A stretch of DNA of 64,000 nt from the human T2T-CHM13v2.0 reference genome, Homo sapiens. Where the stretch lies: the NCBI RefSeq assembly GCF_009914755.1, contig NC_060945.1. One strand, 5' to 3'. A model generated the notes under the pieces. The model had not been told where the DNA came from. It saw nothing but the letters and a program-made list of their open reading frames with translations, and did no database searches. This document shows, one piece after another, positions 31,848 through 46,500 of the stretch (position 1 is its first letter; every line of letters begins with the position of its first letter). Made by a program: the position numbers and the translations under genes.

Positions 31848-32813
31848 GTGTACATGAAATATCAAAATTTACAAAATATATATTATATAATGTACATAAA
31901 ATATCAAAGTACCCAAAGCAAGTATTATATACTGTACATAAAAGATGAAAGTACATCAAATATATATTTTATTCTGTACATAAAATATCAAAGTACACCT
32001 GATATATATTTTATAGTGTACATAAAATATCAAGGTACCCAAACTATACATTATATACTGTACATAAAATATGAAATTACATCAAATATATATTATATTA
32101 GGTACGTAAAATATGAAAGTACATCAAATATAGATTATATACTGTACATAATATATAAAAGAACCCCAACTATATATTATATACTGTACATGAAATATCA
32201 AAATACACAAACTATATATTATATACTGTACATAAAATATCAAAGTACCCAAGGTATATATTCTATACTGTACAAAAAATATCAAAGTACCCAAAGCATG
32301 TATTATATACTGTACATAAAATATGAAAGTACATCAAATATATATTTTATTCTGTACATAAAATAACAAAGTACACCAGATATATATTTTATAGTGTACA
32401 TAAAATATCAAATTACCCAAACTATACATTACATACTGTACATAAAATATGGAATTACATCAAATATATATTATATTAGGTACGTAAAATATGATAGTAC
32501 AACAAATATAGATTATATACCATACATAAAATATAAAGGAACCCCAAATATATATGATATACTGTACATGAAATATCAAAGTTCACAAACTATATATTAT
32601 ATACTGTAGATAAAATATCAAAGTACCCAAGGTATATATTCTATACTGTAAAAAAAATATCAAAGTACCCAAAGCATGTATTATATACTGTACATAAAAT
32701 ATGAAAGCACATCAAATATATATTATATTAGGTACATAAAATATGAAAGTACATAAAATATAGATGATATACTGTACATAAAATATCAAAGTAGCCCAAA
32801 TATATATTATACA
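31848..32813 (+). repeat. One complete 966-bp (23-monomer) HOR unit
   Basis: Equivalent marker positions at 31848 and 32814 are 966 bp = 23 x 42 apart. Confidence 0.9.
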
Positions 32814-34699
32814 GTGTACATGAAATATCAAAATTTACGAAATATATATTATATAATGTACATAAAATATCAAAGTACCCAAAGCAAGTATTATATACTG
32901 TACATAAAAGATGATATTACATCAAATATATATTTTATTCTGTACATAAAATATCAAAGTACACCAGATATATATTTTATAGTGTACATAAAATATCAAG
33001 GTACCCAAACTATACATTATATACTGTACATAAAATATGAAATTACATCAAATATATATTATATTAGGTACGTAAAATATGAAAGTACATCAAATATAGA
33101 TTATATACTGTACATAATATATAAAAGAACCCCAACTATATATTATATACTGTACATGAAATATCAAAATACACAAACTATATATTATATACTGTACATA
33201 AAATATCAAAGTACCCAAGGTATATATTCTATACTGTACAAAAAATATCAAAGTACCCAAAGCATGTATTATATACTGTACATAAAATATGAAAGTACAT
33301 CAAATATATATTTTATTCTGTACATAAAATAACAAAGTACACCAGATATATATTTTATAGTGTACATAAAATATCAAATTACCCAAACTATACATTACAT
33401 ACTGTACATAAAATATGGAATTACATCAAATATATATTATATTAGGTACGTAAAATATGAAAGTACATCAAATATAGATTATATACCATACATAAAATAT
33501 AAAGGAACCCCAAATATATATGATATACTGTACATGAAATATCAAAGTTCACAAACTATATATTATATACTGTAGATAAAATATCAAAGTACCCAAGGTA
33601 TATATTCTATACTGTAAAAAAAATATCAAAGTACCCAAAGCATGTATAATATACTGTACATAAAATATGAAAGTACATCAAATATATATTTTATTCTGTA
33701 TATAAAATAACAAAGTACACCAGATATATATTTTATAGTGTACATAAAATATGAAATTACCCAAACTATACATTACATACTGTACATAAAATATGGAATT
33801 ACATCAAATATATATTATATTAGGTACGTAAAATATGAAAGTACATCAAATATAGATTATACACCATACATAAAATATAAAGGAACCCCAAATATATATG
33901 ATATACTGTACATGAAATATCAAAGTTCACAAACTATATATTATATACTGTAGATAAAATATCAAAGTACCCAAGGTATATATTCTATACTGTAAAAAAA
34001 ATATCAAAGTACCCAAAGCATGTATTATATACTGTACATAAAATATGAAAGCACAACAAATATATATTATATTAGGTACATAAAATATGAAAGTACATAA
34101 AATATAGATGATATACTGTACATAAAATATCAAAGTATCCCAAATATATATTATACAGTGTACATGAAATATCAAAATTTACAAAATATATATTATATAA
34201 TGTACATAAAATATCAAAGTACCCAAAGCAAGTATTATATACTGTACATAAAAGATGAAAGTACATCAAATATATATTTTATTCTGTACATAAAATATCA
34301 AAGTACACCAGATATATATTTTATAGTGTACATAAAATATCAAGGTACCAAAACTATACATTATATACTGTACATAAAATATGAAATTACATCAAATATA
34401 TATTATATTAGGTACGTAAAATATGAAAGTACATCAAACATAGATTATATACTGTACATAATATATAAAAGAACCCCAACTATATATTATATACTGTACA
34501 TGAAATATCAAAATACACAAACTATATATTATATACTGTACATAAAATATCAAAGTACCCAAGGTATATATTCTATACTGTACAAAAAATATCAAAGTAC
34601 CCAAAGCATGTATTATATACTGTACATGAAATATGAAAGTACATCAAATATATATTTTATTCTGTACATAAAATAACAAAGTACACCAGATATATATTT

Positions 34700-37500
34700 T
34701 ATAGTGTACATAAAATATCAAGGTACCCAAACTATACATTATATACTGTACATAAAATATGAAATTACATCAAATATATATTATATTAGTTACCTAAAAT
34801 ATGAAAGTACATCTAATATAGATTTTATACTGTACAGAAAATATCAAAGTACCCCAAATATATATTATAAACTGTACATGAAATATGAAAGTTCACAAAC
34901 TATATATTATATACTGTACATAAAATATCAAAGTACCCAAGGTATATATTCTATACTGTACAAAAAATATCAAAGTACCCAAACCATGTATTATATACTG
35001 TACCTAAAATATGAAAGTACATCAAATATATATTTTATTCTGTACATAAAATAACAAAGTACACCAGATATGTATTTTATAGTGTACATAAAATATCAAA
35101 GTACCCAAAGTATACATTACATACTGTACATAAAATATGAAATTACATCAAACATATATTATATTAGGAACATAAAATATGAAAGTACATCAAATATAGA
35201 TTATTAACTGTACAGAAAATATCAAAGAACCCCAAATATATATTTTATACTGTACATGAAATATCAAACTTCACAAACTATATATTATATAATGTACATA
35301 AAATATCAAAGTACCCAAGGTATATATTCTATACTGTACAAAAAATATCAAAGTACCCAAAGCATGTGTTATATACTGTACATAAAATATGAAAGTACAT
35401 CAAATATAAATTTTATTCTGTACATAAAATATCAAAGTACACCAAATATATATTCTATACTGTACATAAAATATCAAAGTACCCAAACTATACATTATAT
35501 ACTGTACATAAAATATGAAATTACATCAAATATATATTATATTAGGTACATAAAATATGAAAGTACATCAAATATAGATTATATGCTGTACACTAAATAC
35601 CAAAGTACCCCAAATATATATTTTATACTGTACATGAAATATCAACGTTCGCAAACTATATATTATATAATGTAGATAAAATATCAAAGTACCCAAGGTA
35701 TATATTCTATACTGTACAAAAAATATCAAAGTATCCAAAGCATGTATTATACACTGTACATAAAATATGAAAGTACATCAAATATATATATTATTCTGTA
35801 CCTAAAATATCAAAGTACACCAGATATATATTCTATAGTGTACATAAAATATCAAAGTACCCAAACTATACATTATACACTGTACATAAAATATGAAATT
35901 ACATCAAATATATATTATATTAGGTACGTAAAATATGAAAGTACATCAAATATAGATTATATACTGTACATAAAATATAAAAGTACCCCAAATATATATT
36001 ATATACTGTACATGAAATATCAAAATACACAAACTATATATTATATAGTGTACATAAAATATCAAAGTACCCAAGGTATATGTTCTATGCTGTACAAAAA
36101 ATATCAAAGTACCCAAACCATGTATTATATACTGTACATAAAATATGAAATTACAACAAATATATATTTTATTCTGTACATAAAATATCAAAGTACACCA
36201 GATATATAATTTATAGTGTACATAAAATATCAAATTACCGAAACTATACATTATATCGTGTACATAAAATATGAAATTACATCAAATATATATTATATTA
36301 GGTACGTAAAATATGAAAGTACATCAAATATAGATTATTAACTGTACATAAAATATCAAAGTACCCCAAATATATATTATATACTGTACATGAAATATCA
36401 AAGTTCACAAACTATATATTATATACTGTAGATAAAATATCAAAGTACACAAGGTATATATTCTATACTGTAGAAAAAATATCAAAGTACCCAAAGCATG
36501 TATTATATACTGTACATAAAATATGAAAGTTCATCAAATATATATTTTATCCTGTACATAAAATAACAAAGTACACCAGATATATATTTTATAGTGTACA
36601 TAAAATATCAAAGTACCCAAACTATACATTATATACTGTACATAAAGTATGAAATTACATCAAATATATATTATATTAGGTACCTAAAATATGAAAGTAC
36701 ATCAAATATAGATTATTAACTGTACATAAAATATCAAAGAACCCCAAATATATATTATATACTGTATATGAAATATCAAACTTCACAAACTATATATTAT
36801 ATACTGTACATAAAATATCAAAGTACCCAAGGTATATATTCTATACTGTACAAAAAATATCAAAGTACCCAAAGCATGTATTATATACTGTACATAAAAT
36901 ATGAAAGTACATCAAATATATATTTTATTCTGTACATAAAATAACAAAGTACACCAGATATATATTTTATAGTGTACATAAAATATCAAAGTAACCAAAC
37001 TATACATTACATACTGTACATAAAGTATGAAATTACATCAAATATATATTATATTAGGAACATAAAATATGAAAGTACATCAAATATAGATTATTAACTG
37101 TACATAAAATATCAAAGAACCCCAAATATATATTATATACTCTACATGAAATATCAACGTTCGCAAACTATATATTATATACTGTAGATAAAATATCAAA
37201 GTACCCAAGGTATATATTCTATACTGCACAAAAAATATCAAAGTATCCAAAGCATGTATTATACACTGTACATAAAATATGAAAGTACATCAAATATATA
37301 TATTATTCTGTACCTAAAACATCAAAGTACACCAGATATATATTTTATAGTGTACATAAAATATCAAAGTACCCAAACTATACATTATATACTGTACATA
37401 AAATATGAAATTACATCAAATATATATTATATTATTTACCTAAAATATGAAAGTACATCAAATATACATTATTAACTGTACATAAAATATCAAAGTACCC
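34700..37500 (+). repeat. Transitional 378-bp HSat1A block related to the central subfamily
   Basis: Plain 9-mers carry some central-domain alleles (ttttatagtg, tacgtaaa at about 35925 and 36303, tgtagata) and their own markers (gattattaactg, caaagaacccc, caacgttcgc at about 35643 and 37155). Confidence 0.75.
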
Positions 37501-40500
37501 CAAATATATATTATATACTGTACATGAAATATCAAAGTTCACAAACTCTATATTATATACTGTACATAAAATATCAAAGTACCCAAGGTATATATTCTAT
37601 ACTGTACAAAAAATATCAAAGTACCCAAAGCATGTATTATATACTGTACATAAAAGATGAAAGTACATCAAATATATATTTTATTCTGTACATAAAATAT
37701 CAAAGTACACCAGATATATATTCTATAGTGTACATAAAATATCAAAGTACCCAAACTATACATTATATACTGTATATAAAATATGAAATTACATCAAATA
37801 TATATTAGGTACATAAAATATGAAAGTACATCAAATATGGATTATATACTGTACATAAAATATCAATGTACCCCAAATATATATTATATACTGTTTATGA
37901 AATATCAAAGTTCACAAACTATTTATTATATACTGTATATAAAATATCAAAGTACCCAAGGTATATATTCTATACTGTACAAAAAATATCAAAGTACCCA
38001 AAGCATGTATTATATACTGTACATAAAATATGAAAGTACATCAAATATATATTTAATTCTGTACATAAAATATCAAAGTACACCAGATATATATTCTATA
38101 GTGTACATAAAATATCAAAGTACCCAAACTATACATTATATACTGTACATAAAATATGAAATTACATCAAATATATATTATATTAGGTACATAAAATATG
38201 AAAGTACATCAAATATAGATTATATACTGTACATAAAATATCAAAGTACCCCAAATATATATTATATACTGTACATGAAATATCAAAGTTCACAAACTAT
38301 ATATTATATACGGTACATAAAATATCAAAGTACCCAAGGTATATATTCTATACTGTACAAAAAATATCAAAGTACCTAAAGCATGTATTATATACTGTAC
38401 ATAAAATATGAAAGTACATCAAATATATATTTTATTCTGTACATAAAATATCAAAGTACACCAGATATATATTCTATAGTGTACATAAAATATCAAAGTA
38501 CCCAAACTATACATTATATACTGTACATAAAATATGAAATTACATCAAATATATATTAGGTACATAAAATATGAAAGTACATCAAATATAGATTATATAC
38601 TGTACATAAAATATCAAAGTACCCAAATATATATCATATACTGTACATGAAATATCAAAGTTCACAAACTATATATTATATACTGTACATAAAATATCAA
38701 AGTACCCAAGGTATATATTCTATACTGCACAAAAAATATCAAAGTACCCAAAGCATGTATTATAGACTGTATATAAAATATGAAATTACATCAATTATAT
38801 ATTTTATTCTGTACATAAAATATCAAAGTACACCAGATATATATTCTATAGTGTACATAAAATAACAAAGTACACAAAGTATACATTATATACTGTACAT
38901 AAAATATGAAATTACATCAAATATATATTAGGTACATAAAATATGAAAGTACATCAAATATAGATTTTATACTGTACATATAATATCAAAGTACCCCAAA
39001 TATATATTTTGTACTCTACATGGAATATCAAAGTTCACAAACCATATATTATATACTGTACATAAAATATCAAGGTACCCAAGGTATATATTCTATACTG
39101 TACAAAAAATATCAAAGTACCCAAAGCATGTATAATATACAGTACATAAAATATGAAAGTACATCAAATATATATTTTATTCTGTACATAAAATATCAAA
39201 GTACACCAGATATATATTCTATAGTGTACACAAAATATAAAAGTACCCAAACTATACATTATATACTGTACATAAAATATGTAATTACATCAAATATATA
39301 TTATATTAGGTACATAAAATATGAAAGTACATCAAATATAGATTATATACTGTACATTAAATACCAAAGTACCCCAAATATATATTTTATACTGTACATG
39401 AAATATCAAAGTTCACAAACTATATATTATATACTGTACATAAAATATCAAAGTAACCAAGGTATATATTCTATACTGTACAAAAAATATCAAAGTACCC
39501 AAAGCATGTATTATGTACTGTACCTAAAATATGAAAGTACATCAAATATATATTTTATTCTGTACATAAAATATCAAAGTACACCAGATATATATTCTAT
39601 AGTGTACATAATATATCAAAGTACCCAAACTATACATTATATACTGTACATAAAATATGAAATTACATCAAATATATATTATATTAGGTACATAAAATAT
39701 GAAAGTACATCAAATATAGATTATACACTGTACATAAAATATCAAAGTACCCAAAATATATATTATATACTCTACATGAAATATCAAAGTTCACAAACTA
39801 TATATTATATACTGTACATAAAATAAAGTCCCCAAGGTATATATTCTATACTGTACAAAAAATATCAAAGTACCCAAAGCATGTATTATGTACTGTACCT
39901 AAAATATGAAAGTACATCAAATATATATTTTATTCTGTACATAAAATATCAAAGTACACCAGATATATATTCTATAGTGTACATAAAATATAAAAGTACC
40001 CAAACTATACATTATATACTGTACATAAAATATGTAATTACATCAAATATATATTATATTAGGTACATAAAATATGAAAGTACATCAAATATAGATTATA
40101 TACTGTACATTAAATACCAAAGTACCCCAAATATATATTTTATACTCTACATGAAATATCAAAGTTCACAAACTATATATTATATACTGTACATAAAATA
40201 TCAAAGTACCCAAGGTATATATTCTATACTGTACAAAAAATATCAAAGTACCCAAAGCATGTATTATATACTGTACATAAAATATGAAAGTACATCAAAT
40301 ATATATTTTATTCTGTACATAAAATATCAAAGTACACCAGATATATATTCTATAGTGTACATAAAATATCAAAGTACCCAAACTATACATTATATACTGT
40401 ACATAAAATATGAAATTACATCAAATATATATTATATTAGGTACATAAAATATGAAAGTACATCAAATATAGATTATACACTGTACATAAAATATCAAAG

Positions 40501-43500
40501 TACCCCAAATATATATTATATACTCTACATGAAATATCAAAGTTCACAAACTATATATTATATACTGTACATAAAATAAAGTCCCCAAGGTATATATTCT
40601 ATACTGTAGAAAAAATATCAAAGTACCCAAAGCATGTATTATATACTGTATATAAAATATGAAAGTACATCAAATATATATTTTATTCTGTACATAATAT
40701 ATCAAAGTACACCAGATATATATTCTATAGTGTACATAAAATAACAAAGTACAAAAACTATAAATTATATACTGTACATAAAATATGAAATTACATCAAA
40801 TATATATTAGGTACATAAAATATGAAAGTACATCAAATATAGATTATATACTGTACATAAAATTTCAATGTACCCCAAATATATATTTTATACTCTACAT
40901 GAAATATCAAAGTTCACAAACCATGTATTATATACTGTACATAAAATATCAAAGTACCCAAGGTATATATTCTATACTATACAAAAAATATCAAAGTACC
41001 CAAAGCATGTATTATATACTGTACCTAAAATATGAAAGTACATCAAATATATATTTTATTCTGTACATAAAATATGAAAGTACACCAGATATATATTCTA
41101 TAGTGTACATAAAATATCAAAGTACCCAAACTATACATTATATACTGTACATAAAATATGAAATTACATCAAATATATATTATATTAGGTACATAAAATA
41201 TGAAAGTACATCAAATATAGATTATACACTGTACATAAAATATCAAAGTACCCAAAATATATATTATATACTCTACATGAAATATCAAAGTTCACAAACT
41301 ATATATTATATACTGTACATAAAATAATGTCCCCAAGGTATATATTCTATACTGTAGAAAAAATATCAAAGTACCCAAAGCATGTATTATATACTGTATA
41401 TAAAATATGAAAGTACATCAAATATATATTTTATTCTGTACATAATATATCAAAGTACACCAGATATATATTCTATAGTGTACATAAAATAACAAAGTAC
41501 AAAAACTATAAATTATATACTGTACATAAAATATGAAATTACATCAAATATATATTAGGTACATAAAATATGAAAGTACATCAAATATAGATTATATACT
41601 GTACATAAAATTTCAATGTACCCCAAATATATATTTTATACTCTACATGAAATATCAAAGTTCACAAACCATATATTATATACTGTACATAAAATATCAA
41701 AGTACCCAAGGTATATATTCTATACTATACAAAAAATATCAAAGTACCCAAAGCATGTATTATATACTGTACCTAAAATATGAATGTACATCAAATATAT
41801 ATTTTATTCTGTACATAAAATATCAAAGTACACCAGATATATATTCTATAGTGTACACAAAATATCAAAGTACCCAAACTATGCATTATATACTGTACAT
41901 AAAATATGAAATTACATCAAATATATTTTATATTAGGTACATAAAATATGAAAGTACATCAAATATAGATTATATACTGTACATTAAATACCAAAGTACC
42001 CCAAATATATATTTTATACTGTACATGAAATATCAAAGTTCACAAACTATATATTATATACTGTACATATAATATCAAAGTACACAAGGTATATATTCTA
42101 TACTGTACAAAAAATAACAAAGTACCAAAAGCATGTATAATATACTGTACATAAAATATGAAAGTACATCAAATATATATTTTATTCTGTACATAAAATA
42201 TCAAAGTACACCAGATATATATTCTATAGTGTACATAAAATATCAAAGTACCCAAACTATACATTATATACTGTACATAAAATATGAAATTACATCAAAT
42301 ATATTTTATATTAGGTACATAAAATATGAAAGTACATCAAATATAGATTATATACTGTACATAATATATCAAAGTAACCCAAATATATATTATATACTCT
42401 ACATGAAATATCAAAGTTCACAAACAATATATTATATACTGTACATAAAATATCAAAGTACCCAAGGTATATATTCTATACTGCACAAAAAAATCAAAGT
42501 ACCCAAAGCATGTAGTATATACTGTATATAAAATATGAAAGTTCATCAAATATATATTTTATTCTCTACGTAATATATCAAAGTACACCAGATATATATT
42601 CTATAGTGTACATAAAATATCAAAGTACCCAAACTATACATTATATACTGTACATAAAATATGAAATTACATCAAATATATATTAGGTACATAAAATATG
42701 AAAGTACATCAAATATAGATTATATACTGTACATAAAATATCAATGTACCCCAAATATATATTTTATACTTTACATGAAATATCAAAGTTCACAAACCAT
42801 ATATTGTATACTGTACATAAAATATCAAAGTACCCAAGGTATATGTTCTACACTGTACAAAAAATATCAAAGTACCCAAAGCATGTATTATATACTGTAC
42901 ATAAAATATGAAAGTACATCAAATATATATTTTATTCTGTACATAAAATATCAAAGTACACCAGATATATATTCTATAGTGTACATAAAATATCAAAGTA
43001 CCCAAACTATACATTATATACTGTACATAAAATATGAGATTACATCAAATATATATTATATTAGGTACATAAAATATGAAAGTACATCAAATATAGATTA
43101 TATACTGTACATAAAATATCAAAGTACCCCAAATATATATTATATACTCTACATGAAATATCAAAGTTCACAAACTATATATTATATACTGTACATAAAA
43201 TATCAAAGTACCCAAGGTATATATTCTATAATGTACAAAAAATATCAAAGTACCCAAAGCGTGTATTATATACTGTATATAAAATATGAAATTACATCAA
43301 ATATATATTTTATTCTGTACATAAAATATCAAAGTACACCAGTTATATATTCTATAGTGTACATAAAATATCAAAGTACCCAAACTCTACATTATATACT
43401 GTACATAAAATATGAAATTACATCAAATATATATTATATTAGGTACATAAAATATGAAAGTACATCAAATATAGATTATATACTGTACATTAAATACCAA

Positions 43501-46500
43501 AGTACCCCAAATATATATTTTATACTGTACATGAAATATCAAAGTTCACAAACTATATATTATATACTGTACATAAAATATCAAAGTACCCAAGGTATAT
43601 ATTCTATACTGTACAAAAAATATCAAAGTACCCAAAGCATGTATTATATACTGTACCTAAAATATGAAAGTACATCAAATATATATTTTATTCTATACAT
43701 AAAATATCAAAGTACACCAGATATATATTCTATAGTGTACATAAAATATCAAAGTACCCAAACTATACATTATATACTGTACATAAAATATGAAATTACA
43801 TCAAATATATATTATATTAGGTACATAAAATATGAAAGTACATCAAATATAGATTATACACTGTACATAAAATATCAAAGTACCCCAAATATATATTATA
43901 TACTCTACATGAAATATCAAACTTCACAAACAATATATTATATACTGTACATAAAATAAAGTCCCCAAGGTATATATTCTATACTGTAGAAAAAATATCA
44001 AAGTACCCAAAGCATGTATTATATACTGTATATAAAATATGAAAGTACATCAAATATATATTTTATTCTGTACATAATATATCAAAGTACACCAGATATA
44101 TATTCTATAGTGTACATAAAATAACAAAGTACAAAAACTATAAATTATATACTGTACATAAAATATGAAATTACATCAAATATATATTAGGTACATAAAA
44201 TATGAAAGTACATCAAATATAGATTATATACTGTACATAAAATTTCAATGTACCCCAAATATATATTTTATACTCTACATGAAATATCAAAGTTCACAAA
44301 CCATATATTATATACTGTACATAAAATATCAAAGTACCCAAGGTATATATTCTATACTATACAAAAAATATCAAAGTACCCAAAGCATGTATTATATACT
44401 GTACCTAAAATATGAAAGTACATCAAATATATATTTTATTCTGTACATAAAATATCAAAGTACACCAGATATATATTCTATAGTGTACATAAAATATCAA
44501 AGTACCCAAACTATACATTATATACTGTACATAAAATATGAAATTACATCCAATATATTTTATATTAGGTACATAAAATATGAAAGTACATCAAATATAG
44601 ATTATATACTGTACATTAAATACCAAAGTACCCCAAATATATATTTTATACTGTACATGAAATATCAAAGTTCACAAACTATATATTATATACTGTACAT
44701 ATAATATCAAAGTACCCAAGGTATATATTCTATACTGTACAAAAAATAACAAAGTACCAAAAGCATGTATAATATACTGTACATAAAATATGAAAGTACA
44801 TCAAATATATATTTTATTCTGTACATAAAATATCAAAGTACACCAGATATATATTCTATACTGTACATAAAATATCAAAGTACCCAAACTATACATTATA
44901 TACTGTAAATAAAATATGAAATTACATCAAATATATTTTATATTAGGTACATAAAATATGAAAGTACATCAAATATAGATTATATACTGTACATTAAATA
45001 CCAAAGTACCCCAAATATATATTTTATACTGTACATGAAATATCAAAGTTCACAAACTATATATTATATACTGTACATAAATTATCAAAGTACCCAAGGT
45101 GTATATTCTATACTGTACAAAAAATATCAAAGTACCCAAAGCATGTATTATATACTGTACCTAAAATATGAAAGTACATCAAATATATATTTTATTCTGT
45201 ACATAAAATATCAAAGTACACCAGATATATATTCTATAGTGTACATAAAATATCAAAGTACCCAAAGTATACATTATATACTGTAAATAAAATATGAAAT
45301 TACATCAAATATGTTTTATATTAGGTACATAAAATATGAAAGTACATCAAATATAGATTATATAGTGTACATTAAATACCAAAGTACCCCAAATATATAT
45401 TTTATACTGTACATGAAATATCAAAGTTCACAAACTATATATTATATACTGTACATAAATTATCAAAGTACCCAAGGTATATATTCTATACTGTACAAAA
45501 AATATCAAAGTACCCAAAGCATGTATTATATACTGTACATAAAATATGAAAGTACATCAAATATATATTTTATTCTGTACATAATATATCAAAGTACACC
45601 AGATATATATTCTATAGTGTACATAAAATAACAAAGTACACAAACTATACATTATATACTGTACATAAAATATGAAATTACATCAAATATATATTAGGTA
45701 CATAAAATATGAAAGTACATCAAATATAGATTATATACTGTACATAAAATATCAATGTACCCCAAATATATATTTTATACTATACATGAAATATCAAATT
45801 TCACAAACCATATATTGTATACTGTACATAAAATATCAAAGTACCCAAGGTATATGTTCTATACTGTACAAAAAATATCAAAGTACCCAAAGCGTGTATT
45901 ATATACTGTACATAAAATATGAAAGTACATCAAATATATATTTTATTCTGTACATAAAATATCAAAGTACACCAGATATATATTCTATAGTGTACATAAA
46001 ATATCAAAGTACCCAAACTATACATTATATACTGTACATAAAATATGAAATTACATCAAATATATATTATATAAGGTACATAAAATATGAAACTGCATCA
46101 AACATAGATTATATACTGTACATTAAATACCAAAGAACCCCAAATATATATTATATACTCTACATGAAATATCAAAGTTCACAAACTATATATTATATAC
46201 TGTACATAAAATATCAAAGTACCCAAGGTATATATTCTATACTGTACAAAAAATATCAAAGTACCCAAAGCATGTATTATATACTGTATATAAAATATGA
46301 AAGTACATCAAATATATATTTTATTCTGTACATAAAATATCAAAGTACATCAGATATTTATTCTATAGTGTATATAAAATAACAAAGTACAAAAACTATA
46401 AATTATATACTGTACATAAAATATGAAATTACATCAAATATATATTAGGTACATAAAATATGAAAGTACGTCAAATATAGATTATATACTCTACATAAAA

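Larger units (their letters stand above)
23900..34700 (+). repeat. Central HSat1A subfamily with 23-mer (966 bp) and 32-mer (1344 bp) HORs
   Basis: Diagnostic variants are ggtacgtaaa, ccatacataaaatataaaggaacccc, tgtagata, ttttatagtg, atggaattac, gtagccc and caaaatttac. The marker ORF 'MYMKYQNL' starts at 24750, 27060, 28404, 29748, 31848, 32814 and 34158 (spacings 2310, 1344, 1344, 2100, 966, 1344, all multiples of 42). Confidence 0.92.

Noticed and set aside
23900-34700. Possible foreign insertion or inversion at the central domain
   Set aside because: It has the same 42-bp monomer, the same orientation and continuous monomer order across both boundaries. No target-site duplication or non-satellite sequence was seen.
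2627-36251. Minus-strand ORFs (2627-2866, 28318-28515, 31762-31959, 33927-34269, 35946-36251)
   Set aside because: These are short antisense read-throughs of the satellite and recur with the HOR.
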